From Macrostomum lignano (Eukaryota), in the NCBI GenBank assembly GCA_002269645.1, contig NIVC01000055.1:124001-188000 (forward strand): 64,000 bases of DNA. The letters are read 5' to 3'. Below the pieces are notes generated by a model that had not been told where the DNA came from, did no database searches, and worked only from the letters and a program-made list of their open reading frames with translations. Of the stretch, positions 1 to 17,156 are shown piece by piece. Position 1 is the stretch's first letter, and every line of letters begins with the position of its first letter. The position numbers and the translations under genes were made by a program.

Positions 1-1480
1 TCACTGTCTTCCCTGGAACCTCACTGTCTCCCCTGGAACCTCACTGTCTCCCCTGGAACCTCACTGTCTCCCCTGGAACCTCACTGTCTCCCCTGGAACC
101 TCACTGTCTCCCCTGGAACCTCACTGTCTCCCCTGGAACCTCACTGTATCCCCTGGAACCTCACTGTTTCCCCTGGAACCTCACTGTCTCCCCTGGAACC
201 TCACTGTCTCCCCTGGAACCTCACTGTCTCCCCTGGAACCTCACTGTTTCCCCTGGAACCTCACTGTTTCCCCTGGAACCTCACTGTCTCCCCTGGAACC
301 TCACTGCCTCACATGGAACCTCACTGTCTCCCCTGGAACCTCACTGCCTCACCTGGAACCTCACTGTCTCCCCTGGAACCTCACTGTCTCCCTGGAACCT
401 CACTGTCTCCCCTGGAACCTCACTGTCTCCCCTGGAACCTCACTGTCTCCCCTGGAACCTCACTGTCTCCCCTGGAACCTCACTGTCTCCCCTGGAACCT
501 CACTGTCTCCCCTGGAACCTCACTGTCTCCCCTGGAACCTCACTGTCTCCCCTGGAACCTCACTGTCTCCCCTGGAACCTCACTGTCTTCCCTGGAACCT
601 CACTGTCTCCCCTGGAACCTCACTGTCTCCCCTCACTGTCTCCCCTGGAACCTCACTGTCTCCCCTGGAACCTCACTGTCTCCCCTGGAACCTCACTGTC
701 TCCCCTGGAACCTCACTGTCTCCCCTGGAACCTCACTGTTTCCCCTGGAACCTCACTGTCTCCCCTGGAACCTCACTGTCTCCCCTGGAACCTCACTGTC
801 TCCCCTGGAACCTCACTGTCTCCCCTGGAACCTCACTGCCTCACCTGGAACCTCACTGTCTCCCCTGGAACCTCACTGTCTCCCCTGGAACCTCACTGCC
901 TCACCTGGAACCTCACTGTTTCCCCTGGAACCTCACTGTCTCCCCTGGAACCTCACTGTCTCTCCTGGAACCTCACTGTCTCTCCTGGAACCTCACTGTC
1001 TCCCCTGGAACCTCACTGTCTCCCCTGGAACCTCACTGTCTCCCCTGGAACCTCACTGTCCCCCCTGGAACCTCACTGTCTCCACTGGAACCTCACTGTC
1101 TCCCCTGGAACCTCACTGTCTCCCCTGGAACCTCACTGTCTCCCCTGGAACCTCACTGTCTCCCCTGGAACCTCACTGTCTCCCCTGGAACCTCACTGTC
1201 TCCCCTGGAACCTTACTGTCTCCCCTGGAACCTCACTGTCTCCCCTGGAACCTCACTGTCTCCCCTGGAACCTCACTGTCTCCCCTGGAACCTCACTGTC
1301 TCCCCTGGAACCTCACTGTCTCCCCTGGAACCTCACTGTCTCCCCTGGAACCTCACTGTCTCCCCTGGAACCTCACTGTCTCCCCTGGAACCTCACTGCC
1401 TCACCTGGAACCTCACTGTCTCCCCTGGAACCTCACTGTCTCCCCTGGAACCTCACTGTCTCCCCTGGAACCTCACTGCC
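1..1480 (+). repeat. 20-bp minisatellite (CCCTGGAACCTCACTGTCTC)n, truncated by the window edge
   Basis: Direct reading of tandem units. Confidence 0.97.
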
Positions 1481-2012
1481 TCCCCTCCCTCCCAAGAAAG
1501 TGCCTTCCAGCCCAGGAATTGCATATCTGGCATCTGAAATCAGCACTCGTCATCAGCACTCGTCATCCCTGGGGCGATTTTCTGCCTCTAAAAGCAGGAT
1601 GAGAGACAGAGTGCTCACTGATTTGCTATGCCTGTCAGGAACTCTCTCAGCTAATCACATTCTGTTTAGTTAATAAAATGCCTCCCACTGGCATCCCGCG
1701 AGCCTCAAGTTAAACAGTCTACCGAGTCAAGGCGCCACTGCGACCACTCGAATTTCTATCAATGAAGGAATTGTAAGCGAGATCCTTGAGCCAACTTGTC
1801 ACTCAGCCCGTCAGTCACACGGGCGGATCCCCAATTATGATGCCGCTCTTGCTGGACTCGAGGGTCCATTGTGGCTCACTCTTTGCCTTTGCTTTCATTT
1901 GGGTGAGTGGCCGCTTCAAGTGAGCGCTCGAGTCTGAAGCGAAGTTCCAAACATTAATGTAGAATTCACTAGCCCTGCGCTCCAGGCTGCGCTGCTGAGG
2001 ATTGAGACTGCA

Positions 2013-2869
<857 letters not shown>

Positions 2870-3962
2870 ACAGTTGTATGTTTTCTTTCGCCAGTTTACT
2901 TATGATTGAAGTATTCATCGCGCATGCACCCTAGGCCCCGCTACCTGAGGGGCAGGGGGAGGACAAGAGGGCAAAGGGACGGGGGAGCGGATTGGCTCCT
3001 CTGATTAAAATCGAGAAAGAAGCAGAAATCGAGCAGAAAAAAAGCAGAGAAGCCAGGAAAGAACGGAAAAATAAAGAATATCAGCTCCCCGTGGCAAGCC
3101 GGCAGGCCCTAAGTTGAAACATATTGCTTGGCAAGAAAGAGAAAAGCAGGAGACCCCCAAAAAAGTTAATTTTCTGCAGCCGCGCGCAGCTTCTTCTGGA
3201 AGACGCGGGGGAGGCGGCCCGGGTTTCACTTGCCTGGCCCAGGCCGAGGGCGGATGCTGACCGCTGCTCGACAAGTATTTTGAAGCGCCTAAGTCATATG
3301 TTGCTGCTCCGTCAAGGTCCCTCATCTGCAGCTTCCAGCCTCTCCACTGGAAACCAAATACCGAGAAAGAATCCAACCCTCATTCAGACAACACCTTTGG
3401 GAAATTTTGCTAAATTTGATGCTTTGAGAAGTCAAGCTCAAGCTCATTCTTCTGCAATCCTAATTTTTCTGAAGATACAGGAAATTCGCCCATTGGCTTG
3501 AAGTTCGAGATTAAGTTCGAATTGCGAAAGGGAGGGAGAGAGAGGGCAAGATGAAATTCGTATTTTAACGGATGGATAAATTTCCTGGAAATGGTAATCA
3601 GATGGACCTTGGAGCCAATATATCCGCCTATCTGGCTCTGTTTATCCTTGATGGACCGGGGCAACCGGCGGCCTCCGGCTTGTGCGGCTTGCGTTGCGGC
3701 CCTGGCTGCGGAACTCGACTTGAATCTGCGCTGCGGAGCCTCCTGCGGTGTCTTTTTCTTGGCCAGATACTTTTTACAGGGCTGAAGCAGAAGCCCAAGA
3801 AGGAAGCTGTTCGGATTTTTTCTCACCGAGAAGAAATGCAATTGTAACAAATTCGCAACTTGCGTGCTGCCTTGGCTTCTTCTGTGCTGATTTTGTTCAC
3901 TAAACTACAGTAAACAAGCGGTAGCATTGAATCCCAGTGGCTAATAAGGTAATAGGGTATAT

Positions 3963-4555
<593 letters not shown>

Positions 4556-5410
4556 AAGTACAGGCAGACACAGACAAACTCAGACAGCTGAGCATTCAGT
4601 CTGGGCGAAGCCAGGGAAAACGATTATGAAACTTTCGACCTTCCTAATCTGTCAATCAAATCCCGCGGCCCCTCCCAAGGCATCTATCTGAGGCTTTGAA
4701 AGCGCCATTAACTTTATAAATAATTTCTTCTCAAATTGAATGACCTCCTGCAATTAGTGCACATTTAATAAATTTCCTACTTGAGCTGCATGCTGACGAC
4801 TGCAGTTGCCGTAGCGCCCATGGTTTCACTACCGGTACGACATCAACCTGTAGACGGCCTTCTTTCCACATCTTTTTTCCTGTCAGGGGAGTCTTAGTGC
4901 CACAGAATTTTTAGGAATTCCATTTGGTTCGTTCGGTGGGGGGGGGCTATTCTGGGATAATTAAGGAGGCTACAAAGTTGTAAAAAATCCTCATTACTGG
5001 CGTCAGTTCCCGTTTAGTTTGGCAGCTGCCGTGGTCAGAGTGCTTTGGCTCAGGCTGAGAACCATTAACCCGGATGCCATTCCTCTGCTTTTATTGGCGG
5101 GAGGCTATCCAAGGCTTGCTGCTATGGAAAGAGTTTTGCTATCCTTAAAGTTGATCAATTTCTTTTGGCAGTTTTACGAGTTTGATCATCGGGATATGGG
5201 ATATTTATGACCGGCTCCGAGATTTAAGCGGAATTGCTGCAACTGCAGAGCTTGAACCTTCCCACTAAATGGTCAACCCGTTTTGGGGGCTGCTTGTAAC
5301 TGAAAACTTGTGACACATTGCTACTGCTTTTAATATTAATGATGATTAACTTGCTGGTGCTGTGAGGTACTGGCGCTGATTTCCATAGGAACCAACTGTC
5401 GGAATAGGAG

Positions 5411-6130
<720 letters not shown>

Positions 6131-6959
6131 ACTGCAGCTACAGAGGCGCAGTCCGCACTGAAGTGCTATGAATCTGCAGGGAGGGAGCCGGATGCGAGGC
6201 GCAGCGGGCAGGCGGCCCTCACGCAGTCCCGGCAGCCAGCAATGATCCACTCTAATCGGCAACTCTACGCTCGCCAGTCAGGCACCACCAGCGAGTAGAT
6301 GAAGCCGTACAAGAGGGGGGGGGCATCGCTGACAGGATTAATTGAGACTCAGGGTATTACATAACCAATCCCCAATAAAATGGAGAGCGCGAAGGATTTC
6401 TCGGCCTCTGAGCACGTAGTTGTTATAACTGAGAAGAGCCCCGACTCGCTGGATCAAAAAAAAATTGCCCAGAAACTGGGACTGAGCACGATCGCTCTCG
6501 AGTACTGTCGGTTTTTTGGTCGGTCAAAAAATCCACCTACCTCAGCTAAGCGCTTTGGGATTTTCCGACACAACAGTGCTTTTACCGGGACACCGGGTTC
6601 GCATGCTGTGTTTGCCTATAACATGATGGTGGCTCACTTCAGTCTGAGGAGGCTCTCAATAAAATGAGCACAATATGGAAAACATTTAAGCTGATGTTTC
6701 TTTGGCTTTCGTTTGTACAAGCCGGGAGTCCCGTGTCAGGCCCGACCACCCATGAATAAGTAACTAGATGCTCACTGCTCACTCGCTGCACCTGTGTCAC
6801 ACAACTGCATTGGGGTTTAGGGAAGAATTCAGAACTATAAAACTGAGCACTTTGTGTTTATTAGGCTTCGCGGTTCAGGTTGTGTGCGAGGAAGTTCGAT
6901 AACTGTGAATTATAGAGAAATGTACGTTTGTGCTGGAGCTGTCAGAGAGTTGGAGGGGA

Positions 6960-7500
6960 AGCGAGCGAGAGATGGAGAGAGTCAGAGAGGGAAGCGAGGA
7001 GAGGATAAGAGAGAGTCAGAGAGGGAAGCGAGGAGATAAAAGAGAGTCAGAGAGGGAAGCGAGGAGATAAAAGAGAGTCAGAGAGGGAAGCGAGGAGAGG
7101 ATAAGAGAGAGTCAGAGAGGGAAGCGAGGAGATAAAAGAGAGTCAGAGAGGGAAGCGAGGAGATAAGAGAGAGTCAGAGAGGGAAGCGAGAAGGAGATAA
7201 GAGAGAGTCAGAGAGGGAAGCGAGAAGGAGATAAGAGAGAGTCAGAGAGGGAAGCGAGAAGGAGATAAGAGAGAGTCAGAGAGGGAAGCGAGGAGAGGAT
7301 AAGAGAGAGTCAGAGAGGGAAGTGAGAAGAGGATAAGAGAGAGTCAGAGAGGGAAGCGAGGAGATAAAAGAGAGTCAGAGAGGGAAGCGAGGAGAGGATA
7401 AGAGAGAGTCAGAGAGGGAAGCGAGGAGATAAGAGAGAGTCAGAGAGGGAAGCGAGGAGAGGATAAGAGAGAGTCAGAGAGGGAAGCGAGGAGGAGATGA
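6960..7500. repeat. Purine-rich minisatellite of about 30 bp (GAGAGAGTCAGAGAGGGAAGCGAGGAGATAA)
   Basis: Direct reading. Confidence 0.9.
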
Positions 7501-7769
7501 GTCAGAGATCAGAGCAGTTTGAACGCCATAAAGAGCAGAGATCGGCAAGCGCTGGTACATTGCATTGAGGAGAAGCACCCGAGGAGAAGCAATGCAGTTT
7601 CATTGACACTCTTACGAAGAATTGCCTCTCCTCCAAGCCTTTGGCCAGATTTTATTGACAGAATTTGACCGACCAACTCGGCCGTGGGATCATTGTTAAT
7701 CCTTCAGTTTGATCGAAAGATGATCCATTTTGCCTGTGACCGTTACTTATTTATAGTGCAGCGTATCTG

Positions 7770-7908
<139 letters not shown>

Positions 7909-8554
7909 CAAAACTGGCAATGAGAATTCTTGTCGCTTCCCGGCTATGCAGTCTGGCCAGCAAACGAGGTCACAGAGGTCAACGGGCAATATTATTACGA
8001 CACGAGCCATTTCTAACCAACCTTTTTCTTAGCGCCCATAAGGAATTCCCAGTCTCCCTTATTCCTCATCAGAATCCGTCCCTCATAATATTTTGAGTTT
8101 TTTTATTCACCAGGGCACACAGTATCCGAGCCTTGATAACTTGAAGATTGATTCTCAAGAGTCCGCCCAGAGCCTGCTGAACAATGGGGAGGTTTTACAG
8201 TCACTTCAGATTGGAGAATTGGCGAGAGTAAGTGGCGGTGAGGAAGGGATTGCCTCCTCAGAGAGGACTGTTGGACTGACAGGTGGATATTGTGAGGCTG
8301 AGCCCGATCTCTTGTGACTATTTTTTCAGTCTGTGCTCACAATATGAAATGGGAATGGGATTTCACACCTTTGATTGCTGAGGATTAAGACTAGGATTTT
8401 GGTGGATTGTTGCGGGCAGGGCGGGTTTCTTCAGGGATGGTTTCTTCAGGGAGGTTTTCTTCAGGGTGGGTCTCTTTGGGTGGGTTTCTCCAAACAGGGG
8501 TTCATAAGAGATCAAAGGAGGGCATGAGGACTAGGGGACAAAATAAGGGTCAGA

Positions 8555-8860
8555 GGAGGGGGTCAGAGGAGAGGGTCAGAGGGGGGGTCAGAGAGGGTCT
8601 GAGGAGGGGTTCAGAGGAGGGGTCAGAGGAGGGGTCAGAGGAGGGGTTCAGAGGAGGGGTTCAGAGGAGGGGTCAGAGGAGGGGTCAGAGGAGGGGTCAG
8701 AGGATGGGTTCAAAGGAGGGGTTCAGAGGAGGGGTTTAGGGGAGGGGGTCAGAGGAGGGGGTCAGAGGAGGGGGCCAGAGGAGGGGGTCAGAGGAGGGGG
8801 TCAGAGGAGGGGGTCAGAGGAGTGGATCAGACGAGGGGGTCAGAGGAGGGGGTCAGAGGA
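8555..8860. repeat. 12-13-bp G-rich repeat (GGAGGGGTCAGA)n
   Basis: Direct reading. Confidence 0.9.
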
Positions 8861-9339
8861 GAATGTGAAATGAGAGTCAGACTTAGAGGAGGCAGTTAAG
8901 ACAGCAGTCAATTCGCAGCACTTGAACACCCCAGAGCAAAAAAATGCTTCTCCCCCTGCCTTGAGCCGGAGGCGACTCCCAGCAATTCTCGGGGAGAACC
9001 GGCCGGAACTCTCAGTCCAAAAATTTAAACAAAACAGCTAACAAGAAAACTGTAGAGGCAGCGGGGTGCGCGGGAGGGGCTTCGATGATTGCCGAGAAAA
9101 CATGCTTAAAAAGTTGCTCAGAGTTCAATGTCAACGCGACCTTTTGACCCCCGCCCCCGCTGCCAATGGGAGGCTCTACCCGCCAACATCCTGGTTAAAT
9201 ATGGCCTTAGGGATGCTTTTGAAGGCTTTGGCTGCGAGTGCAGACTGCTAGTATTGAGATGCCAGGGAATTGGGGGATTTCTACGCTCGTACATACGGAA
9301 AACGCACGGATCAATGAAAGACGGAAAAAAGATTCCATG

Positions 9340-9890
9340 GGAGACAGTGAGGGGAGACAGTGAGGGGAGACAGTGAGGGGAGACAGTGAGGGGAGACAGT
9401 GAGGTTCCAGGGGAGACAGTGAGGTTCCAGGGGAGACAGTGAGGTTCCAGGGGAGACAGTGAGGTTCCAGGGGAGACAGTGAGGTTCCAGGGGAGACAGT
9501 GAGGTTCCAGGGGAGACAGTGAGGTTCCAGGGGAGACAGTGAGGTTCCAGGGGAGACAGTGAGGTTCCAGGGGAGACAGTGAGGTTCCAGGGGAGACAGT
9601 GAGGTTCCAGGGAGACAGTGAGGTTCCAGGGGAGACAGTGAGGTTCCAGGGGAGACAGTGAGGTTCCAGGGGAGACAGTGAGGTTCCAGGGAGACAGTGA
9701 GGTTCCAGGGGAGACAGTGAGGTTCCAGGGGAGACAGTGAGTTTCCAGGGGAGACAGTGAGGTTCCAGGGGAGACAGTGAGGTTCCAGGGGAGACAGTGA
9801 GGTTCCAGGGGAGACAGTGAGGTTCCAGGGGAGACAGTGAGGTTCCAGGGGAGACAGTGAGGGGTAACAGTGAGGGGAGACAGTGAGGGA
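9340..9890 (-). repeat. Reverse-complement copy of the 20-bp minisatellite at 1-1480
   Basis: (GAGACAGTGAGGTTCCAGGG)n. Confidence 0.95.
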
Positions 9891-10429
9891 AGAGAGAGCA
9901 CGGGAACTCTTACAATTCGGTGACTGCTTTGTCTTCGACTTGCCATCCAAGCATTTTTGTTTCTCCTGTCATTATTTCTTTCCAAAATTTCCTTTCATCT
10001 CGCCCCGCAACTACACTGGCAGGCCTTTTATCTCTGGCCCTGTCCCCACGACCGGGAAGATTTTAAAGTCGCCGAGTCGCCTACGAACATGCCTCGAGTT
10101 CGCAGTCGATGAGGTCATTTCAGGAGACCCTCCGACTCTTCGTCTCACTAATCGGTGTAGGGGGGGGGGGGGGTAGCCCGCCGTCTTGCAAAAATTTGCA
10201 TACTCGATTCTTGGAAACGCGTCATTTCTGTGGTCTTTAATGGAGATGGGCGGGTGGCGGACAGTGGGCGACCGGGATAGGCTGGCCAGAGTGAGGGACC
10301 ATGTGACTGAATAGTTGACACGGTACTGAGGTCCCATGTCTTTGATTGATAGAAAATTATGCCAATTATTCATGCAAAATAAACCTTGACGAATTATTCA
10401 ATAAATGTACAAATAATTCATGGGTAAGG

Positions 10430-10801
10430 TCATGAGTTTATGAGTTTATGAGTTCATGAGTTTATGAGTTTATGAGTTCATGAGTTCATGAGTTCATGAG
10501 TTTATGAGTTCATGAGTTCATGAGTTCATGAGTTCATGAGTTCATGAGTTCATGAGTTCATGAGTTTATGAGTGGGTGAGTGAGTGAGTGAGTGAGTGAG
10601 TGAGTGAGTGAGTGAGTGAGTGAGTGAGGGAGTGAGTGAGTGAGTGAGTGAGTGAGTGAGTGAGTGAGTGAGTGAGTGAGTGAGTGAGTGAGTGAGTGAG
10701 TGAGTGAGTGAGTGAGTGAGTGAGTGAGTGAGTGAGTGAGTGAGTGAGTGAGTGAGTGAGTGAGTGAGTGAGTGAGTGAGTGAGTGAGTGAGTGAGTGAG
10801 T
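10430..10801. repeat. (CATGAGTT)n followed by (GTGA)n
   Basis: Direct reading. Confidence 0.95.
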
Positions 10802-11309
10802 ACACATACATGTAGCAGCAGATTAAAGCGCAAGAGATTAATGACCGGAGCTCAAAGCCCTCCCAGTGAAAAGATCAAGCAGGCTACCTGCTCACGATGC
10901 CTCTTGAAGCCCCCAGCAGGTGGAATTCCGCAGGCGTGGTCGCGAACAATGAGCCCACAATCTGGTGCCTCTGCAGACTCAACGCTGGGAACCGCAGGAA
11001 CGCCAGGGCTGGGTCAGAGACTTCCTCATTCACGACTGTTTTCCACGGGCTGCACGCGGAGCCGCAAAGCAGCCCTGGGCTTTTTTGCTAAAAGCGGCTA
11101 CAGACTCTCCGCTCCATCTCTCTCTCTCTCTCTCCCTCTCTCTCCAGTCTCCCTGCTCCCAAGTATTATTCAGAACCCAGTTTTCTCCTTCTGCTTCAAT
11201 GCTTGTTTTTCTTTGACCAAATTGTTAACAAGGGAAATTGTGGAGAGCCGATCCGAGGAGGTGGGCTGAGTGAGCTCAATGCAACGGCTTCAGGTTGGAG
11301 ATAGACTTG

Positions 11310-12775
11310 AGTGGAATTTGGATTCAGGCATTTGGGTTCAGGCATTTTGGGTTCAGGGATTTGGGTTCAGAGATTTTTGTTCAGGGATTTGGGTTCAGGG
11401 ATTTGGGTTCAGGGATTTGGGTTCAGGGATTTTGGTTCAGGGATTTGGGTTCAGGGATATAGGTTCAGGGATTTGGGTTCAGAGATTTTTGTTCAGGGAT
11501 TTGGGTTCAGGGATTTGGGTTCAGGGATTTGGGTTCAGGGACTTGGGTTCAGGTATTTGGGTTCAGGAATTTGGGTTCAGGCATTTGGGTTCAGAAATTT
11601 GGGTTCAGGGATTTGGGTTCAGGTATTTGGGTTCAGGGATTTGGAATCAGGGATTTTGATTCAGGCATTTGGGTTCAGGAATTTGGGTTCAGGGATTTGG
11701 GTTCAGGCATTTGGGTTCAGGCATTTGGAATCAGGGATTTTGGGTTCAGGGATTTGGAATCAGGGATTTTGGGTTCAGGGATTTTGGTTGAGAAACTTTG
11801 GTTCAGGGATTTGGGTTCAGGGATTTGGGTTCAGGGATTTGGGCTCAGAGATTTTGGTTCAGGGATTTGGGTTCAGGGATTTGAGTTCAGGGATTTGGGA
11901 TCAGGGATTTGGGTTCAGGGATTTGGGTTCAGGGATTTGGGTTCAGGCATTTGGGTTCAGGCATTTGGGTTCAGGTATTTGGGTTCAGGCATTTGGGTTC
12001 AGGTATTTGGGTTCAGGCATTTGGGTTCAGGCATTTGGGTTCAGGCATTTGGGTTCAGGCATTTGGGTTCAGGCATTTGGGTTCAGGCATTTGGGTTCAG
12101 GCATTTGGGTTCAGGCATTGGGTTCAGGCATTTGGATTCAGGAATTTGGGTTCAGGCATTTGGAATCAGGGATTTTGGGTTCAGGGATTTGGAATCAGGG
12201 ATTTTGGGTTCAGGGATTTGGAATCAGGGATTTTGGGTTCAGGGATTTTGGTTGAGAAACTTTGGTTCAGGGATTTGGGTTCAGGGATTTGGGTTCAGGG
12301 ATTTGGGCTCAGAGATTTTGGTTCAGGGATTTGGGTTCAGGGATTTGAGTTCAGGGATTTGGGATCAGGGATTTGGGTTCAGGGATATAGGTTCAGGGAT
12401 TTGGGTTCAGAGATTTTTGTTCAGGGATTTGGGTTCAGGGATTTGGGTTCAGGGATATAGGTTCAGGGATTTGGGTTCAGGGATTTGGGTTCAGGGATAC
12501 AGGTTTAGGGATTTCGGTTCAGGCATTTGGGTTCAGGCATTTGGGTTCAGGCATTTGGGTTCAGGTATTTGGGTTCAGGCATTTGGGTTCAGGTATTTGG
12601 GTTCAGGCATTTGGGTTCAGGCATTTGGGTTCAGGCATTTGGGTTCAGGCATTTGGGTTCAGGCATTTGGGTTCAGGTATTTGGGTTCAGGCATTTGGGT
12701 TCAGGCATTTGGGTTCAGGCATTTGGGTTCAGGCATTTGGGTTCAGGCATTTGGGTTCAGGGATTTGGGTTCAAG
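11310..12775. repeat. 13-bp minisatellite (GGGATTTGGGTTCA-like / GGCATTTGGGTTCA variants)
   Basis: Direct reading. Confidence 0.93.
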
Positions 12776-13339
12776 GAATTAATCAGCCATTTAAACTGCC
12801 ATGGCTTACACGATCCCTCCATTATTGAGCAGGCAATCTTGCATCCCATCAAAGTGTGTCACCGCGGCGCCTCCACCACTGGCTTTCCAATTTAGAGTTT
12901 GACCTTCCCTGGCGTAGTTCCTGATTCCCACTGATTGAAAATCGAAGAGATGGGGCTGATGGGGAGCCTGGGCGGATGCGAGGCGCGTGCTTCGAAATGG
13001 ACTGGATGGCTGTAAAATACGCGAAATATGGGAATCCGCGGGTAGGGTCCGATAATGAGGATGCTAATGCTGATGGGGCTAATGAGAGCGGATCAGGCTG
13101 GCCGGTTGCATCAGAGGGATTTGACCGCGGCCGCTTTGATTGGCTGGCGGAAATCGAAAGTGAGGGGACAGCGGGATTGGCGGCCCGGCTGATTATAGCG
13201 AGTTTGGCAGCTTGCTGTGGCGCCTCGGCTGATTGAAGATGTGGGAGAGCGGCGAGTGCGCGAGCCCCTGCTGCGAGCCGGACCGGAAGTTTGGGGACGC
13301 ACGGGAGCGATAGAGACAAAAATTAGAGAGAGAGAGAGA

Positions 13340-13472
13340 CGAACAGACAGACAGACAGGCAGGCAGACAGACAGGCAGGCAGACAGACAGGCAGGCAGAC
13401 AGGCAGACAAACAGACAGACAGACAGGCAGATAGACAGGCAGGCAGACAGGCAGGCAGACAGGCAGGCAGGC

Positions 13473-13513
<41 letters not shown>

Positions 13514-13524
13514 GGCAGACAGGC

Positions 13525-13581
<57 letters not shown>

Positions 13582-13604
13582 GGCAGGCAGGCAGACAGGC
13601 AGGC

Positions 13605-13653
<49 letters not shown>

Positions 13654-13692
13654 GGCAGATAGACAGGCAGGCAGACAGGCAGGCAGACAGGC

Positions 13693-13753
<61 letters not shown>

Positions 13754-13952
13754 GGCAGACAGGCAGACAGACAGACAGACAGGAAGGCAGGCAGACTGAC
13801 AGGCAGGCAGACAGGCAGGCAGACAGGCAGGCAGACAGGCAGGCAGACAGGCAGACAGACAGGCAGACAGGCAGGCAGGCAGACAGACAGGCAGACAGGC
13901 AGACAGGCAGGCAGGCAGACAGACAGGCAGACAGGCAGACAGGTAGGCAGAC
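13340..13952. repeat. (GACA/GGCA)n
   Basis: Direct reading. Confidence 0.95.
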
Positions 13953-15833
13953 AGTACAAGCATCCCCTCATTCGGCCATCGCACTCATCCTCAAAATCCA
14001 TCTTTAATACCCAGAAATGTTCTCCTAAAGAAACTGGAGGATCTCCAGCCAAGCGAACGGGATTTCCCACAATTCCAGAGCTCCTCCGCCCATCGAACCA
14101 GAAGAATTTTGCTCCTTTGTTGGGCCGCTCCGGCCAGGGAATTAAAATCTTTCATCTATTCGATCGCTGGTGCCGCGCAGCAACTTCGTCTGGCACAGAA
14201 AAGTCCGGCCGGCCGGCCGGCCGGCCGAAGTGCTTTGTCAATCCAGCCGGAAAGAATGCCTTCGCTCCTGCCCGCTCTTCATCCGCCCGGTCGAATTCCG
14301 GGCCCTTGCGAATCCGGGCCGCCTGTCTTGGAACAGCTCGACAAGGCGTTAAAAAACTGGCCGCTACTCAAGAGTCGGACTGATTGGAGAGGGGCTCCAG
14401 TGCTTGAGGAAGGGGAGACGGAATGACGGTCTCCAGTTTCACAACTCGTACTGTTTAGGATTGGGCGGAGACAGTTTAGGAAAAGAAAGTGCATGGGGTT
14501 TAAGGATTTTACTGGAAGGAATTCAAGGGGATTGCAAGGGGAATTGCAAAGGTGAATTGCAAGAAAGATTGCTCAGACCAGCAACCGAATGAAAGTTGAT
14601 TAAAAAGTCTTCGATCCGCTGTCTATGGGCCGAATCTCCCTTCGAGTTTCGGAACCCTTCTCCCAGCCAGCGGCGGCACCGAATCAATCGCATTCCCCGC
14701 AGTTGACAGCTGGAAATTCAATAAGGCGGACACCGCGGCAGAAGCCGGCCAGACGCCGGGGCAATGAAAAATGAAATCTCTTTGGGGGGGGGCAGACATT
14801 TCCCGCCTTCCTTCTTTAACCCAGCCGGCCTCCGACCCCCCGAGAAGGCTGAGGCGGATGAAAAATGACTATTGGATTGATGAGGCTCCGGTGCCGACCT
14901 CCCGTGAAGAGAACAACTCCCAACCTCAGGGAGGGACACTGCCATAGGATTTGGCTGAGAGCTGGGACTAGAACTCCTGCCCATCCTAGACATTGCTGAG
15001 CAGACTCACGCAGCAGAACTCAAGCCCCTCCCCCCCCCCCTAGTTCGCTTCTTCTTCTTCCTTTGTTCAAGGGAAGGCGAGAGAGAGAGTAGAAGTTAGG
15101 GAACGGGCAGAATGTCTGAGCAGGGTTTTATTATTGACAAATTTGCTTGAGTTCTTGGATTGACAAAGACAATTGAAGCGCCTGGGGTATGGGGGGAGGG
15201 CATTGCGAGCGCATGCATGTGTGACGCAACCACTGCTTCAGACCTGATGAAGAGGGAGCCTGAGGGGGGAACTGAGTCAGGCTATACTCGCTTTTAAGGC
15301 TTCCCAAGAATATTATTACAGTAGTATTATTTTACAGCAGTGTCCAACAGGGAGCTCTGCTCATGCCAACTTTTGCTTTCCACTGAGGCCAACCAATGGC
15401 CGTGACGTCAAAAAGGTGTGGAAGGGAAGGGAGACTTCGGCTACTCTCTACAGGTGGTCCTTGCGCTGACCATGCCCCTCTGCTGCTCACCCTTCCAGTT
15501 CAATTTTACTCCGAAGATTTTTTTAATTAAATTCGCCAAAGCCGCAATGAGCTCCCCAAGCACTGACTCAGCATTTTTTTTGAGTAAAGATTGCGCTTGG
15601 GAGAATTTATGAAAGTTAATGTGCCCTGAAGTTGGCTCGCTCACCTGCAGCAAGGAGGACGATGCGATCGCTCCCCGATGACGTCAGCATTTCGATGAGC
15701 TGGGCCAGGTGATCCGGCTGACTTCTGGGTGAATCAGGTGACAAGCGGCTGCTGATTTATTGCCTGCGATCTCGGCAGATCAGCTCTGGAATTCGAGGGA
15801 ACGCTTGTGATTATACGAGTATCTGCTAGAAAC

Positions 15834-16180
<347 letters not shown>

Positions 16181-17156
16181 AAAACCGAAAATGAAACTGG
16201 AATATTCAGTTTCTGAATAAATGAACTGCCCTTGCTATATATGGAAGGACAGAGAAAGTCCACAGCAATAATTGATCAATAGAAATAAGTGACTGAGTCG
16301 CCAATGAAGATGAGTGCTCAATGCAGTTATCGCCTAAAGGGGATGTCACGGATCCACAGAACCGAGTGTTGGGAGGGGTCGGCACGAGGGCATTCCCAGT
16401 GCAAATTGGAGCCAATGGCCAATCAGATTGGCATCCCCAGATTGAATCGGACAGATAAGATGGCTTGGGAAGTCGCAGGCAGGGAGAAGGCACGGTTCGA
16501 ATCCTAGTTCCAGTTTTCAGTCACGCCAATGTCCCCCCTCCCGCGGTCAGTTGATTTGAGTTCAAGTTCTTCTCCCCAGCGTTAAACTTTTCGCCATCTT
16601 ATAGGAGTCTGCTTTCCCTGCCCCCAGCAACAGTGCAGGAATCCTCATATTGCTGGGCCGTTGATAAGTTCGAGTTGTTTGATCTCGCCCGCGACCGGCT
16701 CTTCAGCGGCGGGGGGGATTGAGGGCACCCCAGCCTCCGCTCTCCATCGGCTCGCCCAGGGGGCAAATATTTAGGCAATTTATTTGTTGCCAGAGAGAGC
16801 AGCGAGCGGCATTCTCTCCTAGAAGAGAGCGAGCTTATTGTCAATCGATTTCTAACGGAGAGAGAGAGTGACTATTTCTAGGAATATTTTCCCCGCGAAC
16901 TGAACTGCGGCTGGGTTGCTCTGCGATCATTGATTTCAAGGCTGGGCGATGAGGCACCGGTGAGGAGGCTGGGAGCCACGGGGGGGGAGTGGTCCATCTC
17001 TCTGGGAGTGGAGTAGGAGACAGGGGTCAAGCTAGACTGCTCACAGCCGAGGCCCGAGATGCCGGCTGCTGGGCGGGCGGGGCTGAAAGCAGAAAAGCGA
17101 TTTGCTTGCTTCACTGCTTCTGTTTATAGGGGATTGCTTCTGCTTTTTCGGTGCGT